DNA from: Macrostomum lignano | Taxonomy: Eukaryota | DNA length: 58,436 bases | Direction of reading: 5' to 3' | NCBI GenBank assembly: GCA_002269645.1 | Contig: NIVC01002199.1 | Coordinates: 1-58,436, forward strand | The notes under the pieces: model-generated | Seen by the model: only the letters and a program-made list of their open reading frames with translations | What the model was told of the DNA's origin: nothing | Database searches by the model: none | Shown: positions 34,500-46,651 of the stretch, in pieces | Numbering within the stretch: the stretch's first letter is position 1 | How the letters are laid out: each line of letters begins with the position of its first letter | Position numbers and translations under genes: made by a program

Positions 34500-35980
34500 A
34501 AATAATATCTTTGCCACAGCATGCAGTTCAAAGTGTGGAGTTGTGACATGTGAGTTCAAATAAAAAAAGAAAAGATACAAAAAAGTCAGTACAGCTGTTG
34601 ATGGATTAGCATTAAGTTTTTTAATAACCATATTTGGACAAGAAACCTTTTTATGTACATTTTTGCTAAACTATACATTATAAAATATCAATAGGCCTAG
34701 TTATTATAATTATTATGGTTATAAAACGATGGCCATGTCTCATACTTACAAAAAAATAAATTCAAGTTTAAGTTACCAGCTTGCTCTTGTTTACTGCTAG
34801 ATGCTTTAGGATAGTTGCATTGATAAACTTTATACTAAATATAGATAAGAAAGCATAGAAAAATTATAATTGCACTAAGATTCAAGCAGTGGAGCAGAGT
34901 GGTCAAAATGTATAAATATCCAGAAAAAATTCATGGGCTTGAAACTGGAAGGGAAGCACAATTGGATCTTTTTGACATAATACAAGACTGAATAAACCCA
35001 TGTAAAGAAACTATTTATTAATTCATTCTGTAATAAAGTTTAGCATAGAATTTAGCAAACTGCATAGAATGTTTTACAAATTAGAACTGTTATATACGCT
35101 TTCTTGGTACACCATGTTAATATATAAAGTAATCAGGAATGCAGCCTGACTGTCCGTCTAGTCTGATCTGACGGATTGGCACAAAAATTGTCCTATTTTC
35201 AGTTTATGTGAGAAAGCACGTTCAACTAGATAACTAGTGCTTATTGGTAAATTATGCAGGCTCACTGGTCTAATTGACAAGCTTATTGGAATCTTACTTT
35301 TCGACAGCTTGGCGCCACCCACTGCTCAAGCTACTGCTCAAGCAGAAGCTAAGGCCCGCTGCGCGCGATAAATATTAAAAGTACAGGATTTAAGGCCAAA
35401 TTATATCGTGGCGCCATTTACATTGACACTTGTTAAATGCATAACAAAAAACTTTTGAAAAATACGCTATAACTATTAATACACAATTATTTTTTAGAAA
35501 AGTCTCCATCATATCGATGATACAATAAGTACAGCTACAGTTGTTTTACTGTTCTACAAGTACTAATTTGATTTCATTTTTTATTGCTTTCCAAGAAGCA
35601 ATTTGTGTCGAGCAATCGGCTATCCTTGAGTTTCGTTCGTTTAATTATTTTCAGAGTTTTATATATATTTTTCCAGTAGCAGTAGTATAAAATACAAATA
35701 TGAACATGTGCAAGCACCGTGTTGTTATATTATTTTCATTGCAAAGTTGTACGACTATTTTTAATCAGTTTAGTCGCATCCCCAGCAATCTTTATTTCGT
35801 AAAGCCAGAAATACAAGCTAAAAAAACATTTCAGACTCATATTTGTGTCCATAACTATGAAATAGCTAGTCGTAATATACAAACCTTTGATTTGATTTAT
35901 TCTACTAGGTATCTCTAAGGAAAACCATTACTGGAAGGATAGACTATGTAGCTAGCTACACTCCCCAACACCAATCATTA

Positions 35981-37494
35981 GGTGGGCATTTCCGCCAAAT
36001 AGGGACACAAATTGTGTCCGAGTGTGCAAAGAAGACGAAAAATGTTGAAAACAGGAAATCTAACTAGAATTTGTTATTAAATTTCTTTTTTTATCTTGTA
36101 GAAGCACAAGAAATTTTCTGGTAACAATAAAAGTTGCCGATAAAAGTTATACTGATCTAAGAAGACGATTAATACCGTAGGAGAATAAAATTTTATATTG
36201 AGACATAATTGCTTGCTTATAATTAACTTTCTTTCAGTCAATAATTTTTTAACTGTTTCTTAATGCTTTTAATCAACTTTTCAATTCAGATTTTGTTATT
36301 TTTGCGCATAAGTTCATACGATATTTTTTAACTTTGTCAAAAAAATTTTTCTGCGCGATATACCGAACGTAAATCTCTAATTTTACTTTTCAGTAACTAG
36401 CCGATCACCGTAATTATTCAGAAGTTCCAGTGCAACTTTGCAAGCAGCAAGAAATGCATATGCTTCCACAATCTAGAGAAAGTTTTTCTGAAGCAATATT
36501 ACAAGTAAATGTGGGGAAAATTGATTTAATACTATGTAAATTACTATCTACATACTATAGTGCAAAATATAAATTACATTTTTATTGATAAATAAACAAG
36601 AAATTAATGTGAAACTGTTTTATTTTCCAGCTTTTATACTTAATGATAGTCTTGTAAGACTGATTTTGAGAAAAAAACTAGCGAAAAATAAAATAAAGGG
36701 TACAACATGAAAATACATCTCGTGTAAGTAGTGTGCTTACTACATTTAAATGTTAATATTTAAGGTATTTTGACAGATTAAGGTTCAGCAGACCACTTTT
36801 TGTGAAGCTCTGTATGTCAGCAATCCATAAATATATCGTTTTCAGCTAATAAAAAGCACTAAAAAAAATTATTGGGTACAACATGAGTACAATCTTGTGG
36901 TTAAGATGTCACATCGAAAAAAAATTAATGTCTTAGAAAAATGTATTAAGCAAATTCATTGCTAAAAAATATACTGATACATTATCGCAAAGATGTTTTC
37001 CTTCATTTAAGCTAAAAAACGTGTAGATTGAAAGCCTTATGAGTAAATGAGAGGGTACAACATGAGTACAAATGATACAAAAACTTACTGTTTATAATTT
37101 TTGGTATAGCAAGAAAACTGACAAAAATCAATGACTTCTTGCAGGTGTTGTAACGAAAAGGAATGATTTTAACAAAGTTTAATGTGTTTTTTTCATGAAA
37201 CAAAGAGAATTACTATAAAAAATGTTTTCTTCGCTCTTTTATTTAATGTTGAAGTTAAAAATTGTGTGTTTGGACATCCAAAAAAGTGGCGTCTACGTAA
37301 GTTTAAAATGGTTTATTCAACATTAGTTTTGCCGATTAACAATCTTTAATAGCTTTAAATTGAGCAAAAGTGGTTGTATTTTTCAGTTTAAGTCCTTGTT
37401 TGACTTCAATTAGCTGGCTTAAGCTACAATTCATCATTTTCTGTTTGTTGAAGTGTAATTTTCCGATAGTGCCTAATTGACGGAAATGCCCAGG
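35981..37494. mobile_element. Possible old non-autonomous DNA transposon, about 1.5 kb, AT-rich
   Basis: TGGGCATTTCCGCCAAATAGG (35983) pairs imperfectly with CCTAATTGACGGAAATGCCCA (37472-37492); TA lies 2 nt outside each end. Confidence 0.4.
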
Positions 37495-39414
37495 TATATA
37501 CCCGTGTGCTTAAATTAGCTGCAATTGCCAGGTCATGACCATGATGAATGAGTGACAAGCTAGCACTAGCAGCTTTAATATTTTTACCTAGTTATAATAA
37601 TATTTAGTCAACCCAATGCCAGAATTTTCTATATTATTGACTTAGCTATAAATCTACTAAACTGAATATTTTAAATTTAATGTGAAAGATCTAAATTATA
37701 AATATAATATAAAGGCATAGATTATTAATATAGTAATCTAAATCTCTACCCTAGAATTAGTCTTAGAATACTTTCTACAAAGCCAAAAATGTCTGCCAGG
37801 TTAGTAAAAGATTGTAGAAAACCTAAAAATATATATTTAGACACCTAAATTTTGAGGTGTATTGCATTATGACCACCTTAGTACTATCTACACTAAAGTT
37901 TTTACCTATAGTCAATAGAACATGATATACTTAATAGAGTATGGCACTTTTAACCCATGCTACTATTGGCATTCTTTCGTTATAGAAGACCCAAAAATGT
38001 GTGACTTTCGTAATGGAAGACCCATGGAAAAGGGGAAGAAATCAATTAAAAAACAAGCATTCACTAACAAAATGAAAGCGTGGCAAAAGTTAATTCCACA
38101 CAAAGTTGATGCTTTAATCGACAATGCTTAATTTCACACAAAGTAATGTTATACTGTAATCGCAAGCGTTTATTCTACCAATCTCATACCCAGCCTGTCA
38201 AACTATAATACACTAGTGCCATGAGGTCACTGTGTATATACACTTTCATTTTAGAAGACTGCAAAATATGAATATTGCTTATGGGTCTCGTGAAACGAAA
38301 GTAAGAAAGAAGCAGCGAGTAATTGGACCAGTTGACAGCCGCCTCACTCTCCAGTTGGTACATCGTCATCAGCGACCTATATGGGGTAAATATGGATGAA
38401 AGATACTTGTACGAGTACAAAAGATTCAGAAATGCATGAAAGCAGCGTGTGCACGCACCCGCCTCACCTTCGAAAAAGAAGACCCAACTCATTTCACCTA
38501 AGTATTTACAACACGGAGGTCTTGCATTACGAAAGTAAGAGACCTTTATGTTAAACTTACTTGTTAAACTTGTTTCTGTTGAATTTCTAGACCACAATAG
38601 ATTGCTAGTTTCTTCCATATCTCCTACTTTTGTTTTGGAAGACCTTTAATGGATGCTTAACATTGTCGGTCTTTTAAAACGAAACTGTATATATCAGACA
38701 TTCATAGAAAATGTACCCAAGGCCAACACTGGAAAACAAATCATCTAAACCCTACATTTCTGCAGCTTTTGTTGCTGCTACCCCTACTACCTTCGTTTTC
38801 GAAGACCTTCAATGAAATAGTAGCTTGACGGTCTTCTAAAACGAAACTGTAATATAAACTGTAATAAAGGACACACAAAGCCATTAAGAATAAACAAACA
38901 AAATAATAGACAACAATATGTGAGCAGCTTCCTATGTTTTAGGTGGGTCTTCTTTTTTGAAACTGCCAGCTTCCTATTTGATACATAGAGGGTCTTCTAA
39001 AACGAAAGAGTGCCCTACTATTGTATAATCTATAATAAGTTTTTTGCTAGATTTTCTACACCATGTCAAAGCTAAACCCTATTGAACTAATTAGCCCTTT
39101 TCATCTAGAAGTTTTAATTTCAGCCTTAGTATATTATAGAAAATATAGTATACCATATATTAGCATAGTATGTGAATATAGAAATTTTAGTATAAATAAT
39201 TGTAACACAGCATAGAAGTGCTACTATTTAGTGATAATGCAAGGCAATATACTACTAGTATAAAAAGTCTAGCATAAGTAATATTAGTATATCATGGTAT
39301 ATCTAAAATTTATAGCTGTCTAGTGTACATCTATAGGTTCTTTAAATTCTCCTAATGCAGATTTTTGAAAATTATTTTAATAAGAAAGCTGAAATTTGAA
39401 ACTGCACTAGTTAG

Positions 39415-40030
39415 CCCCCATGAGCCTAAGCATCTTAGCAACTTCCCCATGAGCCTTGGCATCTCAGCAATTCCCCCAATGGGCCTTGAAATCTTAGCAA
39501 TTCCCCCATGAGCCTTGGCATCTGAGCAATTCCCCCATGAGCCTTGGTATCCCAGCAATTCCCCCATGAGCCTTGGCATCTCAGCAATTCCCTCAATGGG
39601 CCTTGAAATCTTAGCAATTCCCCCATGAGCCTTGGCATCTCAAGAATTCCCTCATGAGCCTTGGTATCTCAGCAATTCCCCCATGAGCCTTGGCATCTCA
39701 GTAATTCTCCCATGAGCCTTGAAATCTCAGCAATTCCAATAAGCTTTGGCAATTTGGCGTCCCAGCAATTCCCCCATGAGCCTTGGCATCTCAGAAATTC
39801 CCCCATGAGCCTTGAAATCTCAGCAATTCCCCCATGAGCCTTGGCAATTTGGCATCTCAGCAATTCCCCCCCATGAGCCTTGGCAATTTGGCATCTCAGC
39901 AATCCCCCCCCCATGAGCCTTGGCGTCTCAGCAATTCCCCCATGAGCCTTTGCATCTCAGCAATTTCCCCATGAGCCTTGGCATCTCAGCAATTTCCCCA
40001 TGAGCCTTGGCATCTCAGCGATTCCCCCAT
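39415..40030. repeat. Minisatellite, about 29-bp unit CCCCCATGAGCCTTGGCATCTCAGCAATT, about 20 copies
   Basis: CATGAGCCT at 39912 and 39941. Confidence 0.95.
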
Positions 40031-40495
40031 AAAGCTATGATAGGCATGATAGAAAAAGATACTAAACCCTATTAGCCAATCGTATCTATCTGTATGTTCT
40101 CAGCTAGTTAGTTGTAGGTTAAAATATGCAGTTTGTTTGTTTAAATTATGGTCAATATAATTTTTGGCGCCAGTTTGACTGCGCTCAGTATTGATATAAG
40201 AAAGAATGACCTGCCAGTCAAAACTGACTGCTCAATTATTTCCAATTCGTTTTTTATGCTATAAAAAGTATTCTCAAAAGATTGTTATCAGCTATGATAA
40301 GTGTAGTGTTGTGGGGGCGGGTGGTTACACAAAAAACTATATGGATATTTAAATACTTCAGAACGAATATATTTGAGCTACATTTCCAAGCCTTGTTTAA
40401 CAGAAAGCATGCCTTTAAATAGTGCTTATTTAAGTCGATTGCTTCGACGCTATTTCGTAGATTCTTTATTGAATTTAGTCTTGACTGTACTTCAG

Positions 40496-40767
40496 CTGGC
40501 ACAGCAGCAACAGCACCGAAATCAGCGACATCTGCCCACTGTTTCAGCGCCGGCGACAGACTCAGTAAAAACGGCTACGGCGGGCTCTTCAGACGATGAT
40601 GGAGGATTTTTGAATCCTCCGCAGTGTCGGCGACGGCAGCAGCAGGTGAATCCCATGTCACCCGCGACGGTTCGGCCACCGTCGCCGCAGCCACCGCCGC
40701 CGCCGCCCAGACGGGCCAGCTTGAATCAGCTGCCGCCAGCTTCCGCTGTGTTTGAACGGCCTGAAAC
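40496..40767 (+). CDS. ARHGAP32/33-like gene, first identifiable exon (proline-rich; in-frame ATG at 40655)
   Basis: Acceptor tacttcag at 40494-40495; donor AC|gtgag in phase 2 matches the next exon. Confidence 0.6.
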
Positions 40768-40856
40768 GTGAGAGTTGGCTTTGTGTATATATTGAACAAC
40801 AGTTGGCTAGAGTACTGGGTAATGATGGATCATAGAGCCAGAAAGAGCTAAATAAA

Positions 40857-41262
40857 CAACCGGAAGTAGAATGGGATCTGAAATAAACCGGAAGTAGAAT
40901 GGGATCTGAAATTAACCGGAAGTAAAATGGGATCTGAAATAACCAGAAGTAGAATGGGATCTGAAATAACCGGAAGTAAAATGGGATCTGAAATAACCAG
41001 AAGGAGAATAGGATCTGAAATTAACCGGAAGTAAAATGGGATCTAAAATCAACCAGAAGTAGAATGGGATCTGAAATTAACCGGAAGTAGAATGGGATCT
41101 GAAATAACCAGAAGTAGAATGGGATCTGAAATAACCGGAAGTAGAAAGGGATCTGAAATAACCGGAAGTAGGATAACATCAAACAACCGAAGTACTGTGG
41201 GATAAAACAACCGGAAGTAGAGTGGGATAAAACAACCGGAAGTAGAGTGGGATAAAACAACC
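40857..41262. repeat. Minisatellite, 27-bp unit GGGATCTGAAATAACCGGAAGTAGAAT grading into a 25-bp variant
   Basis: Direct periodicity in RhoGAP intron 1. Confidence 0.93.
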
Positions 41263-41611
41263 GTAAAAAGTGCCCCCGGACTACTAGGGTAAATAACTTT
41301 TTAGTGGGGCATTTGCCTTATGTGAGTGAATCTCGATTGCCAATTTATTGTGTAATCAAACAGAATAAGTAGAACTTTATAGAACTTTTACATCCTCACT
41401 TTTTCTGCCTGATTGTTTAACTTAGTAAAAAGTTTGTTGAATCATTGCATGCATATTATAATTATAATTAATTTATCAATAACAAAAACCCTTGTTGTGA
41501 CTGCATCAGCTTGGTCACATCAAATATTGGACCAGCCTTTTGTTTTTATTGAAAACAAGTTAAACCAGTTTTACACGCGAATGAGCTGTACTCAACACCA
41601 ACAGTTTAGGA

Positions 41612-42135
41612 TATTTCCTATCCTGAAGTTCAAGAGAATCCCAACCCTAAAGTTTAAAAGAATCCCAACTCTGAAGTTTAGGAGAATCCCAGCCCTGAAG
41701 TTTAGGAGAATCCCAACCCTTAAATTTTAAAAGATTCCCAACCCTGAAGTTTAGGAGAATCCCAACCCTGAAGTTCAAGAGAATCCCAACCCTAAAGTTT
41801 AAAAAAATCCCAACCCTTAAGTTTAAGAGAATCCCAACCCTGAAGTTTAGGAGAATCCCAACCCTGAAGTTTAGGAGAATCCCAACCCTGAAGTTCAAGA
41901 GAATCCCAACCCTGAAGTTTAGGAGAATCCCAACCCTGAAGTTCAAGAGAATCCCAACCCTGAAGTTCAAGAGAATCCCAACCCTGAAGTTAAGGAGATT
42001 CCCAACCCTGAAGTTTAAGAGAATCCCAACCCTGAAGTTAAGGAGATTCCCAACCCTGAAGTTTTAGAAAATCCCAACCCTGAAATTAAGGAGAATCCCA
42101 ACTCTGAAGTTTAGAAGAATCCCAACCCTGAAGTT
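41612..42135. repeat. Minisatellite, 24-bp unit GAGAATCCCAACCCTGAAGTTTAG, about 21 copies
   Basis: Direct periodicity; 8-aa periodic ORFs. Confidence 0.95.
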
Positions 42136-42246
42136 TTATTTTTTTTAAGGTTTCAAATGTAAAAATCCTTAACCGAAGTAAATAATCCCAATTACTATTA
42201 TGGTTAAATCCCTGAACCAACTTGACCTGTTCTCCCCAAATCCCAG

Positions 42247-42832
42247 GTGCAAGCTGTCTGCAGCTCTGCGCAAGCGAGCCCACAATCACTACCTACCGGG
42301 CTGCATGAACCTGTCCGAACTCAGAGTCAGCCCGATCGGCTTCTACTTTGCCAGCTCTTCCACTTCGTCTCAATCTTCAACATCGTCGCCAACACCCAGC
42401 AGTCCAGCAGCCGTTGAATCATTTTATCGAGACGCTCGAATCGAGCTGTCTGTAACAGTCGGTTCGGACAATTCTAATTGGACAGTTATTCGAACCCTAA
42501 CCGAACTGGTTGCTATGGACGCGGCGCTGCATCGGTGCTGCCTGCAGCGTTGCGCGCACAATCGCCTGGATGATTTGGGGGCCGCATTTAACGACGCCAG
42601 ATTTCGCAGTATTAATAATAATTCGAAAAATTTGAATTCGACAGAATCTGTGGAACAATTGAGATGCAGACTTCTGTCCGAATGCCAGGCTCTGCTGTCG
42701 AGGTACTTTAAATGCCTCACTAGCTTACTGCCCATTGTTGGCGACCGCATCACCTGTCCCATGGTGCTGGACCCGTTGGAGATTAACTGCAACGGGGAGC
42801 GATTGTCAAATGTTGATCGGTACAATACTCAG
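42247..42832 (+). CDS. ARHGAP32/33-like exon: atypical PX domain
   Basis: WTVIRTLTELVAMDAALHRC and ITCPMVLDPLEINCNGERL align by eye with the ARHGAP32/33 PX region; acceptor atcccag, donor CAG|gtgtga. Confidence 0.8.
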
Positions 42833-42839
42833 GTGTGAA

Positions 42840-43020
42840 ATTTCCCAAAATTATCCTCAAAACGGGTTTCCCAAAATTATCTTGAAAAATTGGTTTCCCA
42901 AAATTATCCCAAAAAATGGATTTCCCAAAATTATCCTTAAATGGGGTTCCAAAAAATTATCCCCAAAAATAAGTTTCCCAAAATTATCCTCAAAAATAGG
43001 TTTCCCAAAATTATTCCTTA
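42840..43020. repeat. Degenerate about 24-27 bp repeat TTTCCCAAAATTATCC, about 7 copies
   Basis: Seen directly just after the donor site. Confidence 0.8.
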
Positions 43021-43160
43021 ATTAAAATTGGGCTCCTACTAAAACTATCTAGAATCTGTCAGCTCTCGTAAGGAAGCTTTATTACCAGCGCTTCTTTTAG
43101 AAGCAGAAGAGAACCCAAATTAGAACCGCACGTTGGGAACCTTTAAACGGAAACTTGCAG

Positions 43161-43374
43161 GCCGTGGAGCTGGCCGTCACCATCGCCGAATTTCGTCCGG
43201 CAGCCAACGACGAATTGGAGCTGCGCATCGGCGACTACGTGGCGCTGACTCACGTGACCGTGAATGTGGACCAGCCCACCTGGTGGCAGGGCAAGATTGT
43301 GTCCTTGGATACTGCTGGGGTGGCTTCCGCTGCTGCGGGTGGCGGCTGCTTGGATTCTCAGCCGGCTGAGAACG
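43161..43374 (+). CDS. ARHGAP32/33-like exon: SH3 N-terminal part
   Basis: [19 protein letters not shown]...TWWQGKI; phases 0/1. Confidence 0.88.
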
Positions 43375-43390
43375 GTGCGTTCAAATTTGA

Positions 43391-43439
<49 letters not shown>

Positions 43440-43441
43440 CC

Positions 43442-43489
<48 letters not shown>

Positions 43490-43490
43490 A

Positions 43491-43568
<78 letters not shown>

Positions 43569-43593
43569 GTGTCTGTCTATCTGTCTGTCTGCC

Positions 43594-43640
<47 letters not shown>

Positions 43641-43669
43641 TTGTCTGTCTGTTTGTCTGTCTGTCTGCC

Positions 43670-43717
<48 letters not shown>

Positions 43718-43718
43718 A

Positions 43719-43776
<58 letters not shown>

Positions 43777-43777
43777 G

Positions 43778-43850
<73 letters not shown>

Positions 43851-43873
43851 GCCTGTCTGTCTGTCTGTCTGTG

Positions 43874-43928
<55 letters not shown>

Positions 43929-43929
43929 G

Positions 43930-43960
<31 letters not shown>

Positions 43961-43961
43961 G

Positions 43962-43998
<37 letters not shown>

Positions 43999-44021
43999 GC
44001 CTGTCTGTCTGTCTGTCTGTG

Positions 44022-44060
<39 letters not shown>

Positions 44061-44082
44061 GTGTCTGTCTGTCTGTCTGTCT
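43391..44082. repeat. (TCTG)n microsatellite, about 690 bp
   Basis: Seen directly; RhoGAP intron 3. Confidence 0.98.
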
Positions 44083-44319
44083 ATGTTGGTATCCATATCG
44101 CAACGGCTGACAATTTTGATTCCCTAAGCGGCCGGATCAATGATTTTGCATGAAAACTGGCTAAACCCCATAGACACAGAGTGAGTACTTGAAGAAAACA
44201 ACAGACAATTAGAAAGATGATGAGGCCTTGGTACACCATCTAATTCGACGCGTCATGTTAACAAGCAATCAGTCGAGCATTTCCATCCCATTTATTGTAA
44301 TCCCTCCCCGACTCCGCAG

Positions 44320-44450
44320 GCCCGCAGCAGCCGCAGAACAAACAAGCGTCAGCGAGAGCCGCCGCTCCTCGAATTGGATTTTTCCCTTCGAATTGCGTTC
44401 GAATTCTGGCCGGCCCAGATGCCAGCAGCCTGAGACCCACACCCATCCGA
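44320..44450 (+). CDS. ARHGAP32/33-like exon: SH3 C-terminal part (IGFFPSNCVR)
   Basis: Phase-1 acceptor ctccgcag; GFFPSNCV motif; donor CGA|gtgaga in phase 0; frame not shown in the ORF track. Confidence 0.88.
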
Positions 44451-44577
44451 GTGAGAAATCTGACTCATTTTAATACAATTTGACGTTTTTTGAATATAAT
44501 CTGACACATTTTAGTAGAATCTGACAACATAATAAAGAGCTTGTGCAGAGTCTAATAAAATCTGACAGTACTCGTTT

Positions 44578-46054
44578 TCTGACACATTTTGACACTATGA
44601 CATACTCTGTCATACACTAACCAACTTTGACACTGATGACAACTGACACATAGTGCGCATTTCGACACATCCTGACACATTTTAGCACATTCTTACACAT
44701 TCTGACACATTCTGACATGTGCTGCCCTACTCTGACACATTCTGACATATGCTGCCCCACTCTGCCACATTCTGACATGTGCTGCCCTACTCTGACACAT
44801 TCTGACATGTACTGCCCTACTCTGACACATTCTGACATGTGCTGCCCTACTCTGACACATTCTGACATGTGCTGCCCTACTCTGACACATTCTGACATGT
44901 ACTGCCCTACTCTGACACATTCTGACATGTGCTGCCCTACTCTGACACATTCTGATATGTGCTGCCCTACTCTGACACATTCTGACATGTGCTGCCCTAC
45001 TCTGACACATTCTGACATATGCTGCCCCACTCTGCCACATTCTGACATGTGCTGCCCTACTCTGACACATTCTGACATGTACTGCCCTACTCTGACACAT
45101 TCTGACATGTGCTGCCCTACTCTGACACATTCTGACATGTGCTGCCCTACTCTGACACATTCTGACATGTGCTGCCCCACTCTGACACATTCTGACATGT
45201 GCTGCCCTACTCTGACACATTCCGACATGTACTGCCCTACTCTGACACATTCTGACATATACTGCCCTACTCTGACACATTCTGACATGTGCTGCCCTAC
45301 TCTGACACATTCTGACATGTGCTGCCCTACTCTGACACATTCTGACATGTACTGCCCTACTCTGACACATTCTGACATGTACTGCCCTACTCTGACACAT
45401 TCTGACATGTGCTGCCCTACTCTGACACATTCTGACATATACTGCCCTACTCTGACACATTCTGACATGTGCTGCCCTACTCTGACACATTCTGACATGT
45501 GCTGCCCTACTCTGACACTTTCTGACACATTCGGACACATTCTGACACATCCTGCCATATACTGACGCTCTGACATATTCGGACACATTCTGACACATCC
45601 TGCCATATACTGACGCTCTGACACATTCGGACACATTCTGACACATCCTGCCATATACTGACGCTCTGACACATTCGGACACATTCTGACACATCCTGAC
45701 ATACTGACGCTCTGACACATTCGGACACATTCTGACACATCCTGCCATATACTGACGCTCTGACACATTCGGACACATTCTGACACATCCTGCCATATAC
45801 TGACGCTCTGACACATTCGGACACATTCTGACACATCCTGCCATATACTGACGCTCTGACACATTCGGACACATTCTGACACATCCTGCCATATACTGAC
45901 GCTCTGACACATTCGGACACATTCTGACACATCCTGCCATATACTGACGCTCTGACACATTCGGACACATTCTGACACATCCTGACATACTGACGCTCTG
46001 ACACATTCGGACACATTCTGACACATCCTGACATACTGACGCTCTGACACATTC
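44578..46054. repeat. Bipartite satellite: 30-bp unit (44700-45510) then 48/44-bp unit (45510-46054), both built on TCTGACACAT
   Basis: 10-aa and 16-aa ORF periodicities; direct reading of the units. Confidence 0.97.
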
Positions 46055-46077
46055 CACCCACCCGATGCCCATTGCAG

Positions 46078-46595
46078 ACCAGATTCGGCCACCTCCTACC
46101 AGCCCTGCGCGCCTTCTTCCGCTCCAGGCCGGACGCTGGCGACCTCCGACCCAGCGGCATCCTTCGCCCGGCGCTGTTCGGGTCAGACTTGAGCTCAGCC
46201 TGCGCAGTGGGTCAGTGGGACCGAGACGGCCTGCCCGCTATACTGCTTCACTGCGTCACAGTTATCGAGCGGCACGGCAGTCAACAGCAAGGCATCTATC
46301 GCCGCAGCGGCAATGCCATAGAAATTCAACACCTTAGAGAAGCTTTCGAACATCTTGATAGTCAGGATTGTTCGTCCAATTCATCGGCGTTGTCAAACAG
46401 ATGCCTGTGCGATGTGGCTGGGGCCGATTCGCAATGCCCCCTGTTCAATGAGGTGCACAACTATGCTAGTTTGTTGAAGGCGTTCTTTCGCGAACTGGCC
46501 GTACCGTTGCTAGGGTCTGAGTTGGCTGATTGCTCGACTGGAGACGGTCCGGCTATCAAGGAGAGTCTGCTCATGCTGCCGCCCGCGCATATCAG
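46078..46595 (+). CDS. ARHGAP32/33-like exon: RhoGAP domain N-terminal part with arginine finger
   Basis: LRAFFRSRP...GILRPALFGSDL...GIYRRSG...ASLLKAFFRELAVPLL; phases 0/2. Confidence 0.93.
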
Positions 46596-46651
46596 GTTAG
46601 CGAGTTGCTTTGAGTAGTGGTGTGAGATGTCTGTTACTGGCGCTTGTATTG

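Noticed and set aside
38600-39010. Hammerhead ribozyme (CGAAAC motif near hairpins)
   Set aside because: No CTGANGA core at the required position.
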